A DNA stretch of 64,000 nt from Myxococcota bacterium (GTDB taxonomy: Bacteria > Myxococcota_A > UBA9160 > PR03), in contig JBFIML010000007.1 of assembly GCA_041611735.1 (NCBI GenBank), forward strand, positions 1 to 64,000. The letters run 5' to 3'. Positions 17,025-27,303 of this stretch are shown one piece after another. Position numbers and translations under genes: made by a program. The first letter of the stretch is position 1; every line of letters starts with the position of its first letter. The notes below the pieces were generated by a model that saw only the letters and a list, made by a program, of their open reading frames with translations, was not told where the DNA came from and did no database searches.

Positions 17025-18383
17025 CTAGCTCTGCGACTCCCGCGGGCCCTGCGGCCGACGGGGCCTGCGCGGGCGCCGACGCCCGGGCCCCGAGCGGACC
17101 ATCTCCCGGGCCAGGGCCAGGGCGTCCTCCCGCTCCCGGACGGCGCCGTCCAGCCACGCGGAGCGCACCCGCGCCAGGGCGCGGCCCACGGCGGGGCCCG
17201 TCAGTCCGAGCGCCACCAGATCCGCCCCGCTCACCGGCGGCCGGCGGCCGCGGTCCTCGGCCGCCCAACGCACGATGCGCCGCCGCACCGCCGGTGGGGC
17301 CCAGACGTACAGGGCGTGCAAGCGCTCCTCGTCGATCTCGCGCAAGAGGGCGTCGGTGGCTCCGCGGCCCCGCTGCGTGGCCAGCGAGCGCAGCCAGGCG
17401 TCCCGCTCCTTGGGAAAGCCGCGGATGCGCTCCGCCAGCTCGCCCCGGACCGAGAGGCGGCGCAGGGTGCGCTGGCGCAGGGTGGCGTCGAGGGGCGCGA
17501 GCCACACGGCGAGACCCGCCGCCCAGGCGCGCAGGCGTCCGCGCGGCCAGGCGGGCTGCGCCGTGATGCGACCGAGCCGGCGCAGGGGGGCCACACTCGG
17601 GCGGGGCAGATCGAGCCCCGGCTCGAGGGCACCGAGCACGTGCCAGGCAGCCAGCAGGCGAAGCACGCGCGGCGGGTCGAGCCCGAGCTGCGCGTCGTCG
17701 AAGAGCTTCTCGATCTCGCGGCGCAGCCGATCGCCGGAGACCGCGCCGAAGGCGCCGTCGCGCAGCGCATCGCGCAAGGCCGAGCGGCTGCCTCGCGAGA
17801 GCGAGAAGCCGAGGCGGACGGCAAGGCGAGCGGCGCGCAGGGCACGCGTCGGATCGTCGTGGAAGCTGCGCGGATGGAAGACGCGCAGCGTACGGGCCTC
17901 GAGGTCACGCAGCCCGCCCTCCGCCTCGATCACCGCGGGGCGGCCGCGGCGCCCAGGCCCATTCAACGGGATGGCGAGCGCGTTCACCGTGAAGTCGCGC
18001 CGGCGCAGGTCGTCCTCCAGGCGGCCCGGCGCCACGGTGGGCAGGGCTCCCGGGCGCGCGTAGCTCTCGCGCCGCACCGTGGCGAGGTCGAGGGTGGCTG
18101 CGCCGAGCTCCAGGCGCACGGTTCCGAAGCGACCGTGGGCCACCACCCGGGCGCCCTCGGGTGCCGCCTCCGCCGCGAGCTGCGCGGCCAGGCCCCCGTC
18201 GCCGCCCTCCACGATCAGGTCCACGTCCCGCAACGGACGGCCGAGCAGGAAGTCGCGCACCGGGCCGCCCACCAGGTGCACGCCGCAGCCACGCCGCTCG
18301 GCCCCCTCCGCCACCGCGCCGGTGACCTGTCGGGTCGCGTCCGGCAGCGCGTCCAGAACGCGGCGGGGGTCCGCCGCCGTCAC
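17025..18383 (-). CDS. Class II tRNA nucleotidyltransferase (CCA/A-adding or poly(A) polymerase family)
   Basis: VGGPVRD-LLG---DVD, RRDFTVNA, SFHDDPTR-LRA-R. The GTG at 18383 overlaps the xerD stop. Confidence 0.88.
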   Translation of the reverse strand: MTAADPRRVLDALPDATRQVTGAVAEGAERRGCGVHLVGGPVRDFLLGRPLRDVDLIVEGGDGGLAAQLAAEAAPEGARVVAHGRFGTVRLELGAATLDLATVRRESYARPGALPTVAPGRLEDDLRRRDFTVNALAIPLNGPGRRGRPAVIEAEGGLRDLEARTLRVFHPRSFHDDPTRALRAARLAVRLGFSLSRGSRSALRDALRDGAFGAVSGDRLRREIEKLFDDAQLGLDPPRVLRLLAAWHVLGALEPGLDLPRPSVAPLRRLGRITAQPAWPRGRLRAWAAGLAVWLAPLDATLRQRTLRRLSVRGELAERIRGFPKERDAWLRSLATQRGRGATDALLREIDEERLHALYVWAPPAVRRRIVRWAAEDRGRRPPVSGADLVALGLTGPAVGRALARVRSAWLDGAVREREDALALAREMVRSGPGRRRPRRPRRPQGPRESQS

Positions 18384-19321
18384 CGCGCGCGACGTCCGGC
18401 GCCGGCTCCGCGCGGATGGCGGGCCTCCACCGTCTCCTTCAGACGGCGGCGGCTCACGTGGGTATAGATCTGCGTGGTGGCGAGGTCCGCGTGCCCGAGC
18501 AGGGTCTGCACGGCCCGCAGGTCGGCGCCGCCGTCGAGCAGGTCGGTGGCGAAGGCATGTCGCAGGACGTGGGGCGAGAGGCGCGCCGCGGGGAGCCCTG
18601 CGCGCCGCGCGAGCGCCCGCAGGCGCACGAAGAAGTTCTGGCGCGTCATGGCCCGCCCCCGGGCGGTCAGGAACACGGCCGCGTCCGCCGCGCGCGCCCG
18701 CCGTGCCCAGCGCGGACGGCCCTCGGCGAGCCACAGCTCCAGCGCCGCCAGGGCGGGCTCCCCGAGCGGCACCAGACGTTCGTGCCCGCCCTTGCCCATC
18801 ACCCGCAGCAGCCCGGCGCGCCGGTCCAGGCCCGAGAGCGGAAGCCCGACCAGCTCGCTCACCCGCAGCCCCGCCCCGTACGCCACCTCGAGCATGGCCC
18901 GGTCGCGCAGGCCGAGGGGCCCCTTCGGCTCCGCGGCCGCGAGCAGCGCCTCCGTCTCGTGCGGGCGCAGCAGGCGGGGCAACGGCCGGTCGAGCCGGGG
19001 AGTCACCAGCCCCTCGCTGGCGTCGCGGACGAGCCGGCCCGTGGCCAGCAGGTGGCGCGCGAAGCGCCGCACCGCCACCAGGGCCCGGGCACGACTGCGC
19101 GGCGCGAGCCCGGCCCCCTCGAGGGCCTGGGCGAAACTCGTCACGTGCTCGCGGCGCAGCGCCTCGGGCCGCTCCACGCCCTGGGCCTCCAGGTGCGCCG
19201 CCAGACGGCCCAGATCGCGGGCGTAGGCCTCGACCGTGCGCCGGGCAAGCCCCCGCTCCACCACCGCGTGGGCCAGAAATGCGTCGATGGCGGCGCCGAA
19301 GGCCCCCCGCGCCTCAGCCAT
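18380..19321 (-). CDS. xerD: Tyrosine recombinase XerD
   Basis: TVEAYARDL, RDRAMLE-YGAGLRVSEL, GKGG-ERLVP, SPHVLRHAFAT, LLGHADLATTQIYTHV. Confidence 0.92.
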   Translation of the reverse strand: MAEARGAFGAAIDAFLAHAVVERGLARRTVEAYARDLGRLAAHLEAQGVERPEALRREHVTSFAQALEGAGLAPRSRARALVAVRRFARHLLATGRLVRDASEGLVTPRLDRPLPRLLRPHETEALLAAAEPKGPLGLRDRAMLEVAYGAGLRVSELVGLPLSGLDRRAGLLRVMGKGGHERLVPLGEPALAALELWLAEGRPRWARRARAADAAVFLTARGRAMTRQNFFVRLRALARRAGLPAARLSPHVLRHAFATDLLDGGADLRAVQTLLGHADLATTQIYTHVSRRRLKETVEARHPRGAGAGRRAR

Positions 19322-22046
19322 CGCCGCCCCCGCGCTCGTCCCGGGCCGCCTCCAGCAGGGCGGCGCGCAGCGCCTCGAGCCGCACCGGATCCAGCAGCTG
19401 GCGTCCGTTGCGGTCCTTCACGTAGAAGGTGTCCGCCACCTGGTCCATCACGGTGGCGGCCTTCGAGATGTAGATCTCCAGGTCCTGGACGGTCATCGCC
19501 CGGGTCAGCTCGTAGAGCAGTCCCAGGCGGTCGTTCGCCGACACGTCGACGATCGTGTAGAAGTCGGACTCCGTGTTCGAGATCGCGACGCTCGGCGGCC
19601 GCCGGGAGGGCGTTCGCGCGGCCCCCACCGGGCGCCGCTGCCGCCGGAGCAGCTCCTCCACGCTGCGCCTGCCGTCGAGCACGTCACGCAGGGTGGTTTC
19701 GAACACCTCCCACTGCCGCCGCCGCTCGGACTCGTCGCCCCGCAGCGTGGCGACCCGATAGACCTCCAACGCGAGACCGGAGCGCGTGGTGTACGCGTGG
19801 GAGGCGAGGATGTTGATCCCGCGCGCGGTCAGCGTGCCGGCCACCCGGCTGTACAGGCCGTGTACGTCCCGAGAGCAGACGATCAGCTCCGAGAAATCTC
19901 CGCGCATTTCGCGCACGGAGGTGGACACGCTCCGCTCCGGCTTGAAGCCGAGCATGGCCCGGGCGTGCCGTGCGATCTGCCGCGGAGTATGGGACACGAA
20001 GTAGCGACGCGGCATCTCCGCGAAGTAGACGTCCACCTTCGCCTCCGCCACGCCCAGGCTGCGCAGCTCGGCACGCGCCGCCTCCTGGCGCGCCTCCACC
20101 CGGCGCTCGATCTGCTCCAGGGCGCGCGAGGGGTCGGCGGTGCCCACCTCCAGGATCTCTGCGGCGCGCTCGAACAGCTCCCGAAGCAGCTCCGCCTTCC
20201 AGGGCGTCCAACCCGAGGCGGACGAGGCGCGGATGTCGGCGAAGGTGAGCAGGTACAGGTTGCGCAGGTTGGTGCGGTCTCCCACGGTGCCTGCGAAGTC
20301 GAGGATCGCCTTCGGGTCGCTCAGGTCCCGGCGCTGCGCCACGTGCGACATGAGCAGGTGGTGGCGCACCAGGAAGACGACCCGCTCGGTGCTCTCCGGG
20401 TCGAGTCCCAGCCGCTCGACACAGGCCCGCGCCCGCTCCGCGCCCTTGCGGGAGTGCTGCCCGCCGAGCCCCTTGCCCACGTCGTGGAGCAGGCAGCCCA
20501 GGAACAGCACCACCCGGCTCTCCAGGGAGCGCACCAGCTCGGTCAGGTCCGGCAGGGCCTTCTCGTACTCGCCCTTCCACAGGCGCCGCAGCTGCTCCAC
20601 CAGGAAGATCGAGTGAACGTCCACGGTGTACGTGTGGTAGATCACGTGCTGCCAGCGGCAGACGATGTGCTCCCACTCGGGGAGGAAGCGGCCCAGCAGG
20701 CCGATCTCGTTGATCTGCATCAGCGTCCGCATCACCCGGAACTCGCCGTCGAGGATGCGGAAGAAGCAGGCCGCCGCCTGCGGGTCGCGCCGCAGGGCGT
20801 CGTCCACGAGATCCAGGTTCTCCCGCACCAGCCGTCGCGCCGTGCGCGAGAGTTCCGCGTCGCGCTGCTGGGCCACCCAGAAGGCGGAGAGCAGGCGGGT
20901 CGGGCGCTGGCGCAGGTGGGCGGCGTGCGGGATCTCCACGTGATCGTCCACCAGCCGGAAGCCGTCCTCCAGGGGCTCGATCCGCGGCGGCCGCTCCGGC
21001 GTCGGTCGGGCCCGCGCCAGGCACTGCTCGATCACGAGCTCCGACTGGTGGCGGACGGCGCGCGCGTGGCGGTAGTAGTCGCCCATGAAGCGTTCCACGG
21101 GAAGCGCCACCTCCTCGCCTGCCCGGGCCGCGTAGCCGAAGGCCTCCGCGATCCGCTCCTGCAGCTCGAAGCTCATCTGGTCGTTGCGCCGCTTGGAGAC
21201 GAGATGGAGCTCGTTGCGGACCCTCCACAGGAAGTCGAGGGCGGTGCGGTAGCCCTCCATCTCCGACTCGGTCAGCAGCCCCAGGTGGAGCAGGTCGTCG
21301 AGGCCCCGCAGGCCCGGCTGCACGGCTCGCGTGGCCCACAGGGCGGCGTGCCAGTCGCGCAGGCCGCCGGCCCCCTCCTTCACGTTCGGCTCCAGGAGAT
21401 ACAGGGAATCCCCGTAGCGGGCGTGCCGGGCTCGCAGCGCCTCGATGCGTCGCCCGATGAAGGCCTCGGCGTCCTCGCGCAGCACGCGGCGGATCGCATC
21501 GCTGAAGGTCTGGAAGAGCGCCGGCTGGCCGGCCAGGAAGCGGGTGTCCAGCACCGCCGTGAAGACCGTCTCGTCGCCGTGGATCAGCTCCAGGGTCTCC
21601 TCCAGGGAGCGGGTCGCACAGCCCACGGTGACGCCGGCATCCCACAACCAGTACTGCAGGCGCTCGGCGACGTGCGCCACGTAGGGGGAGAGGGCCCCCT
21701 CGTGCAGCAGGAGGAGGTCCACGTCGGAGTGGATCGTCATCTCGCGACGCGCATAGCCACCCACGGCGAGCACCGCGAAGGCGTCGCGCTCCCCCGCTCC
21801 CCGGGCGAAGTACTCCGCCTCGGCGAGCTCGAAGAGGCGTCGCACCAGCCGGTCCACCAGGTCCGAATGGCGCTCGTTCACGATCCGGCCTGAAGGCTGC
21901 CTGCGGTGCAGCCGCTCCAGCTCCTCGCGGACCGCCGCTAGGTAGCCGCGCACCACCTGCACGACCTCCGCTTCCTCGGCGTGGCTGCGGGCCACCGGCC
22001 GGGCCAGGAGCTCGAGCTGGCGTTCCAGGGCGGCGCCGGAGCTCAC
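19314..22046 (-). CDS. glnD: [Protein-PII] uridylyltransferase/uridylyl-removing enzyme
   Basis: AVGGY-R-E---SDVDLL, LEPNVKEG-GGLRD, HTYTVDVH, LLHDVGKG, two C-terminal ACT domains (DRLGLL). Confidence 0.95.
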   Translation of the reverse strand: MSSGAALERQLELLARPVARSHAEEAEVVQVVRGYLAAVREELERLHRRQPSGRIVNERHSDLVDRLVRRLFELAEAEYFARGAGERDAFAVLAVGGYARREMTIHSDVDLLLLHEGALSPYVAHVAERLQYWLWDAGVTVGCATRSLEETLELIHGDETVFTAVLDTRFLAGQPALFQTFSDAIRRVLREDAEAFIGRRIEALRARHARYGDSLYLLEPNVKEGAGGLRDWHAALWATRAVQPGLRGLDDLLHLGLLTESEMEGYRTALDFLWRVRNELHLVSKRRNDQMSFELQERIAEAFGYAARAGEEVALPVERFMGDYYRHARAVRHQSELVIEQCLARARPTPERPPRIEPLEDGFRLVDDHVEIPHAAHLRQRPTRLLSAFWVAQQRDAELSRTARRLVRENLDLVDDALRRDPQAAACFFRILDGEFRVMRTLMQINEIGLLGRFLPEWEHIVCRWQHVIYHTYTVDVHSIFLVEQLRRLWKGEYEKALPDLTELVRSLESRVVLFLGCLLHDVGKGLGGQHSRKGAERARACVERLGLDPESTERVVFLVRHHLLMSHVAQRRDLSDPKAILDFAGTVGDRTNLRNLYLLTFADIRASSASGWTPWKAELLRELFERAAEILEVGTADPSRALEQIERRVEARQEAARAELRSLGVAEAKVDVYFAEMPRRYFVSHTPRQIARHARAMLGFKPERSVSTSVREMRGDFSELIVCSRDVHGLYSRVAGTLTARGINILASHAYTTRSGLALEVYRVATLRGDESERRRQWEVFETTLRDVLDGRRSVEELLRRQRRPVGAARTPSRRPPSVAISNTESDFYTIVDVSANDRLGLLYELTRAMTVQDLEIYISKAATVMDQVADTFYVKDRNGRQLLDPVRLEALRAALLEAARDERGGGDG

Positions 22047-23206
22047 GGGCGGCCTCGCGCCACCACCGGCGTCAGGCGGTCGCGGTACACGGCGAGCCCG
22101 TCGGAGATCTCCGCGGCCAGGGCCTCCAGGTAGGCCGGATCGCGCAGGTGCCGTGCGTCCTCCCGGTGGGTCAGGAAGCCCACCTCCATCAGGATCGACG
22201 GCATGCTCGACAGGTAAAGTACGTAGAAGGGGCCCTTCTTGAGCGACGGCTCCCGCGCCGAAGGCCAGCGCGGGCCCATGCCCCGGGCGATCTCGCGGTT
22301 CACCAGGTCCGCCAGGAGCGAGGAGCGCGTCGATGCCTCGGACACCCGCAGACGGGCCAGGAGCCGTTGCAGCGGATTCACGTCCCGGGGCAGCACGCCG
22401 CTCTCGCGCGCCGCGAGCCGGAGCGTCTGGCGCTGGGCGTCCTCGTCGAGAGTATAGATCTCGATGCCCCGGGCGGCGTGCCGCGGGGCGGCGTTGGCGT
22501 GCAGCGAGACGAAGACGTCCCCCCCCGCGCCCTCGGCCAGCGCGGTGCGCTGCTCGAGGTCCAGGGTCTGATCGCCGTCGCGGGTGAGGGTCACCGCGAA
22601 GCCGCGGTCGCGCAGGCGGGGGGCCAGCCGGCGGGCGAGCCCCAGCGTCACGTCCTTCTCGCGCAGGCCCCCGATCCCGATGGCCCCCGGATCGCGCCCG
22701 CCGTGGCCCGCGTCCACCACCACGTGCCGGACCGGCCGCAGCTCCGGCGCGAGCGGACGCCGCGCCTCCCTCGGGTCGAGCTGCGGGCTTGCCCGCGAGC
22801 CGAAGACGTCGATCACCACGCGGGCGGGCCCGCCCAGCTGCAGGATGCGGTGTTCCGTGTAGCCATCGAGGTCCAACACGATCCGGGTCTGGTGGAGCGT
22901 GTTCTGGCCCACCCGCACCCGGCGCAGGAGGCCGTCGGCCACCGGAATCGGATCCGGGTAGCGACGCCCCACCCAGACCCCCGGCAGGTCGAAGTAGAGC
23001 CGCTCCGGCAGGCCGGCGCGCGGGTCGGCAGGGATGCGCTTCAGGGTCGTCTCGGCCTCGCGCGAGAGCTCCACCACCACGCGCGTGTAGCTCGGGTAGG
23101 ACCAGTGGCGGAGGTCCCGGACTTCCGCGAGGCCCGGCGGGCGCTCCAGGCCCAGCGATGCGGCGGCGCAGAGCGCCAGCGCGGCGCAGCCCCCGCGTCG
23201 GCTCAC
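22043..23206 (-). CDS. N-acetylmuramoyl-L-alanine amidase (AMIN + Amidase_3, AmiC-like)
   Basis: YTRVVVEL (AMIN), VVDAGHGGRDPGAIG, EKDVTL, FVSLHANA, ILMEVGFL. Confidence 0.9.
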   Translation of the reverse strand: MSRRGGCAALALCAAASLGLERPPGLAEVRDLRHWSYPSYTRVVVELSREAETTLKRIPADPRAGLPERLYFDLPGVWVGRRYPDPIPVADGLLRRVRVGQNTLHQTRIVLDLDGYTEHRILQLGGPARVVIDVFGSRASPQLDPREARRPLAPELRPVRHVVVDAGHGGRDPGAIGIGGLREKDVTLGLARRLAPRLRDRGFAVTLTRDGDQTLDLEQRTALAEGAGGDVFVSLHANAAPRHAARGIEIYTLDEDAQRQTLRLAARESGVLPRDVNPLQRLLARLRVSEASTRSSLLADLVNREIARGMGPRWPSAREPSLKKGPFYVLYLSSMPSILMEVGFLTHREDARHLRDPAYLEALAAEISDGLAVYRDRLTPVVARGRP

Positions 23207-25884
23207 GGCGTCGGCTCCCGGCGCAGCCGTGCCAGGAGGCTCCCGAGCCGGGCCAGGGCCTCGAGGGGCGTCGTGCGGTCCGGGTCCAGGGCGCGCAGCT
23301 CCGCCAGCACCGCCTGCTCCTCGGGCGTGTGGGGCTCCGCCTCGGGGACGAACAGGCCGAGCTGGTCGCGGCCCGTCGCCGCCTCGGGCGCCGCGTGACC
23401 GGCCGGATCGAGCTCGTGGGCCTCGAGCCGGTGCAGGATCTCCCGGGAGCGTTCGATCACCGCCGGCGGCAGTCCCGCCAGCCGGGCCACCTGGATGCCA
23501 TAGGAGCGGCTGGCGCCGCCCGGCGCCAGGCGGCGCAGGAAGACGACCTCGTGGCCCCACTCGCGCACCTCGAAGTGCGCGTTCCGCACGCGCGGCTTGG
23601 TGCTCGCCAGCTCGGTGAGCTCGTGGTAGTGGGTGGCGAACAGCGTCCGGGCGCGCAGGCCCGGGGTGTCGTGCAGGTATTCGGCCACCGCCCACGCGAT
23701 GGAGAGGCCGTCGAAGGTGCTGGTGCCGCGCCCGATCTCGTCGAGGATCACCAGGCTGCGCGGGGACGCCTGGGACAGGATCTCGGCGGTCTCGCGCATC
23801 TCCACCATGAAGGTGGACTCGCCCCGGGCCAGCCGATCGGAAGCGCCGACGCGGGTGAAGATGCGGTCCACCACGCCGATCCGAGCGCTCTCCGCAGGCA
23901 CGAAGCTCCCGATCTGCGCCAGCAGCACCAGCAGCGCCACCTGACGCAGGTAGGTGCTCTTGCCGGACATGTTGGGACCCGTGAGTAGCAGGATCTGCGC
24001 GTCGCGGGGGTCGAGCACCGCGTCGTTGGGGACGAAGGCCTCGCCCCGAGCCGCGAGCAGGGGCTCGATCACCGCGTGGCGACCCGCCCGGATCTCCAGC
24101 CGCTCGCCGGCGTCCACCCGGGGCCGGGTCCAGTCGTCCCGGCGTGCCACCTCCGCCAGCGAGGCCAGCGCATCGAGCTCGGCCACCGCCTCCGCCGCAG
24201 CGCGCATGGCCGGCCCGTGCTCGAGCACCGAGCACCGCACCGATTCGAAGATCTCGCGCTCCAGGGCGGCAGCCCGTTCGTGGGCACCCAGGACCCGTTG
24301 CTCCACCTCACGCAGCTCCGGCGTGGTGAAGCGCTCCGCATTGGCGAGCGTCTGCTTGCGCTCGTAGTCGTCGGGCACCCGCGAGAGATTCGACTTGGTG
24401 ACCTCCAGCGAGTAGCCGTGCACCGGATGGAAGCGCACGCGCAAGCTGGCGATGCCGATGCGCTGACGCTCCCGGGCCTCGAGACCCGCGATCCACTCGC
24501 GTCCCTTGTGCGCGCTCTCGCGCAGGCCGTCGAGCTCGGCCCGGAAGCCGGCGCGGATGTAGCCGGTCTCGTTCGCCCCCCGCGAGCCGCGCGGCACGGC
24601 CGGGGGCTCGTCCACCAGGGCCTCCTGCAACAGGCGCTCCGCTTCGGGCACGGGCTCGAGCCGCGGCAGGCCGGACGGACGCTCGCCCTCGGCGCCGGGA
24701 ATCCAGCCCTCGTCGGGCGCGTGGCAGGCGGCCGCCACGGCGGGCAGCGCGGCCAGGGAGGTGCGCAGGGCCCCCAGGTCGCGGGGCGTGGCTGTGGGGC
24801 GGGCGGCCTTGGCCAGCAGCCGCTCGAGATCGCGCACGCCGCGCAGGGCTTCGCGCAGGCGGGCGCGCAGCCGGTCGCGCTCGGCCAGGTGGGCGATGGC
24901 GTCCTGCCGGGAGGCGATGGCGTCCGGATCGAGCAGCGGATAGGCGACCCAGCGAGCCAGGCGTCGTGCGCCGAGGGGCGTTTCGGTCAGGTCGATGCGT
25001 TCGATCAGGGTGCCGCGGCGCGAGCGGTCCTCGGCGCTCTCGAACAGCTCCAGGTGCGCCCGGGTGGAAGCGTCCAGCACCATGGCGTCCGCCAGCCGGT
25101 AGTGGCGGAGACGCAGGAGCTGCGGGAGGGCGAAGGGCTGGTGACGCTCCAGGTAGGCCAGGATCGCCGCGGCGGCCCGGGTCGCCGCGTCCCGGGCCTG
25201 GGCGTCGAAGGCGTCGGGCCGCACCCGGACGCGCTGCGGCTCGAAGCTCTGGGCCGGCACGCTCGTCACCACCGCCCCCGGCAGGGCAACCGCCAGCGGG
25301 CCCCCGAGCGCCCCGGCCTGCGGCTCGGGCACCAGCACCTCGCGCGGCGCCACGCGCCGCAGCTCCTCCAGGAGGCCCGTGGGGAGGGCCCCGTCCGCCT
25401 CTCCGGCCTCCCAGGTGGCGCGGAACTCGCCCGTGGAGGCCTCGAGCACGGCAAGCCCCACCCCGGCGTCGGGCGCCGGGGCCAACGCCGCCAGCGCCAC
25501 CTCCCGGGTGGACTCCAGGCCTTCCGGGTCGCCCACCAGGCCCGGGGTCACGACCTCCACCACCTCGCGACGCACGAGCCGGCCGCCCGTGCTGCGCGGG
25601 TCCTCCACCTGTTCGCAGACCGCCACCCGGAAGCCGAGCTCCGCCAGGCGCTTCAGGTGCGCCGGGGCCGCGTGCACCGGGACGCCGCACATGGGCACCG
25701 CGTCGGGCTTGCCCTTGTCCCGGGTGGTGAGCGCGATGTCGAGCAGCGGCGCGACGCGCTCGGCATCGTCCAGGAACATCTCGTAGAAGTCGCCCATGCG
25801 ATAGAAGAGGATCGCGTCGGGATGCTGCGCCTTGATCGCCAAGTACTGGCGCATCATGGGGGTCGCCAGGGCGGAGCGGCTCAC
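23203..25884 (-). CDS. mutS: DNA mismatch repair protein MutS
   Basis: TPMMRQY, RMGDFYEMF, GPNMSGKSTYLRQ, STFMVEM, DEIGRGTST, SYGIQVA. Confidence 0.97.
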   Translation of the reverse strand: MSRSALATPMMRQYLAIKAQHPDAILFYRMGDFYEMFLDDAERVAPLLDIALTTRDKGKPDAVPMCGVPVHAAPAHLKRLAELGFRVAVCEQVEDPRSTGGRLVRREVVEVVTPGLVGDPEGLESTREVALAALAPAPDAGVGLAVLEASTGEFRATWEAGEADGALPTGLLEELRRVAPREVLVPEPQAGALGGPLAVALPGAVVTSVPAQSFEPQRVRVRPDAFDAQARDAATRAAAAILAYLERHQPFALPQLLRLRHYRLADAMVLDASTRAHLELFESAEDRSRRGTLIERIDLTETPLGARRLARWVAYPLLDPDAIASRQDAIAHLAERDRLRARLREALRGVRDLERLLAKAARPTATPRDLGALRTSLAALPAVAAACHAPDEGWIPGAEGERPSGLPRLEPVPEAERLLQEALVDEPPAVPRGSRGANETGYIRAGFRAELDGLRESAHKGREWIAGLEARERQRIGIASLRVRFHPVHGYSLEVTKSNLSRVPDDYERKQTLANAERFTTPELREVEQRVLGAHERAAALEREIFESVRCSVLEHGPAMRAAAEAVAELDALASLAEVARRDDWTRPRVDAGERLEIRAGRHAVIEPLLAARGEAFVPNDAVLDPRDAQILLLTGPNMSGKSTYLRQVALLVLLAQIGSFVPAESARIGVVDRIFTRVGASDRLARGESTFMVEMRETAEILSQASPRSLVILDEIGRGTSTFDGLSIAWAVAEYLHDTPGLRARTLFATHYHELTELASTKPRVRNAHFEVREWGHEVVFLRRLAPGGASRSYGIQVARLAGLPPAVIERSREILHRLEAHELDPAGHAAPEAATGRDQLGLFVPEAEPHTPEEQAVLAELRALDPDRTTPLEALARLGSLLARLRREPTP

Positions 25885-26897
25885 TCGAACAGCTCCGGAG
25901 GCCGGAGCGGCTGGCGTTCCAGCACGGCCAGCAGCTCGGTGTACGCCTTGCGAACCGCCTCGCCCTCCCGGTCGGCCTCGAGCAGGACGCGTCCCAGCAC
26001 TGCGTGCGCCTCCAGGTGACCCGGCTCGCGCTCCAGCAGGCGTCGCACCTCGGCCAGCGCCTCCTCGGTCTCGCCGCGAGCGGCCAGGGCACGCGCCAGG
26101 GCGAGTCGGGCGCCGACATCCTCGGGCTCCCGCTCGAGCAGCCCGCGCAGGAACTTCTCGAAGTCCCGGGGCCGGTCCAGGGCGGCGAAGGTGGCGGCCA
26201 GCCGCGGATAGACGCGCGGCGCGCTGCGGCGATCGATCTCCGGCACCCGCTTCCAGGCCGCGAGCGCCCGCTTGGTGCGTCCGCGCTCGGCCTCCACCTG
26301 ACCGAGCTCGATCCAGGCGGCCACGCAGCGGCGGTCGCGTCGCAGGGCCCGCGCCAGCACCCGGCGCGCGTCCTCCGTGCGCCCCTCGGCCCGGGCGGCC
26401 TCGGCCATGCCCACCAGGAGCTCCGCCTCCGCAGGCCCGGGAGCGCGCCCCTCCACCCGCGCCAGCCGGCGGTTCAGCTCCACGGCGCGCTCGTAGTCGC
26501 GTCCGTCGGTGGACAGGCGGACCAGGGCGCGCAGGGCACCCGCATGCTCGGGGCGGTGGGCCAGCACCTCCTCGTAGGCGGCGATGGCCCGCCGCAAGAA
26601 GCCGCCCTGTCGGAAGTCGGTGGCGAGACCCAGCAGCGCCTCCAGGCGGCGCTCCGGCTCCAGGTCGGCGCGCAGCAGCAAGATCTGGTGCAGCCGGATC
26701 GCACGGCCGATCTCGCCGCGCGCGCGGTAGAGCCGCGCCAGGGCGAGGTACGGCACGACGGATTCGGAGTCGAGCCGGGCTGCGCCCTCCAGCAGACCCT
26801 CCGCGTCCTCCAGGTCGCGGTCGAGCACGGCGAGCAGAGCGCGCTGCAGCGCGGACTCGAAGTCCCCGGGGGCCTCCCGCCGCTTCCACCAGCGCAC
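25881..26897 (-). CDS. LapB/YciM-like TPR protein, lacking the C-terminal rubredoxin domain
   Basis: GEIGRAIRLHQ-L motif, TPR helices, position after lapA and ihfB. No CxxC pairs. Confidence 0.75.
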   Translation of the reverse strand: MRWWKRREAPGDFESALQRALLAVLDRDLEDAEGLLEGAARLDSESVVPYLALARLYRARGEIGRAIRLHQILLLRADLEPERRLEALLGLATDFRQGGFLRRAIAAYEEVLAHRPEHAGALRALVRLSTDGRDYERAVELNRRLARVEGRAPGPAEAELLVGMAEAARAEGRTEDARRVLARALRRDRRCVAAWIELGQVEAERGRTKRALAAWKRVPEIDRRSAPRVYPRLAATFAALDRPRDFEKFLRGLLEREPEDVGARLALARALAARGETEEALAEVRRLLEREPGHLEAHAVLGRVLLEADREGEAVRKAYTELLAVLERQPLRPPELFE

Positions 26898-26902
26898 CGA
26901 CG

Positions 26903-27286
26903 CTACCCGCCTCGCCCCGCACTCCTGGCCGACGCAGCTGCATCCGGAGCGGCGCCGGCGGATCCCCGCGGCGGGCCCTCGCCTTCACTGGAGAGCGGCA
27001 GGTTGCGCAGCTGGTGCACCTCCGCCGCGAGCCGCTCGCTCTCCTTGCGATGGCGTCGGGCCCGCAGTCCGAGCCGCATCAGGGGAAGCAGCCCCAGCAG
27101 GCCGGCGAGCACGAGGCCAGCCCCGAAGGCCACCCCGAGCGCCAGCCAGAGCGGCACGTCCGCCAGCAGACCGGCGTAGGGGAGCTCGATCGCCACCGGC
27201 GTCGGATTGGCCTGCGCGAACATCCATCCGACGACGACGACCGCCGTCAGGACGACGAGCGACAACAGCCGGCGAAGCAGGCGCAT
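26903..27286 (-). CDS. lapA: LapA (DUF1049) family membrane protein
   Basis: Two TM helices (FAQAN, VPLWL), C-terminal EVHQLRNLPL, synteny ihfB-lapA-lapB. Confidence 0.75.
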   Translation of the reverse strand: MRLLRRLLSLVVLTAVVVVGWMFAQANPTPVAIELPYAGLLADVPLWLALGVAFGAGLVLAGLLGLLPLMRLGLRARRHRKESERLAAEVHQLRNLPLSSEGEGPPRGSAGAAPDAAASARSAGRGG

Positions 27287-27303
27287 GGACCCCCCGGCCC
27301 CGG

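Noticed and set aside
18380-19321. Tyrosine recombinase as a sign of a prophage or integrative element
   Set aside because: It has XerD-type motifs and is overlap-coupled within a housekeeping operon. I saw no att sites, tRNA or cargo.
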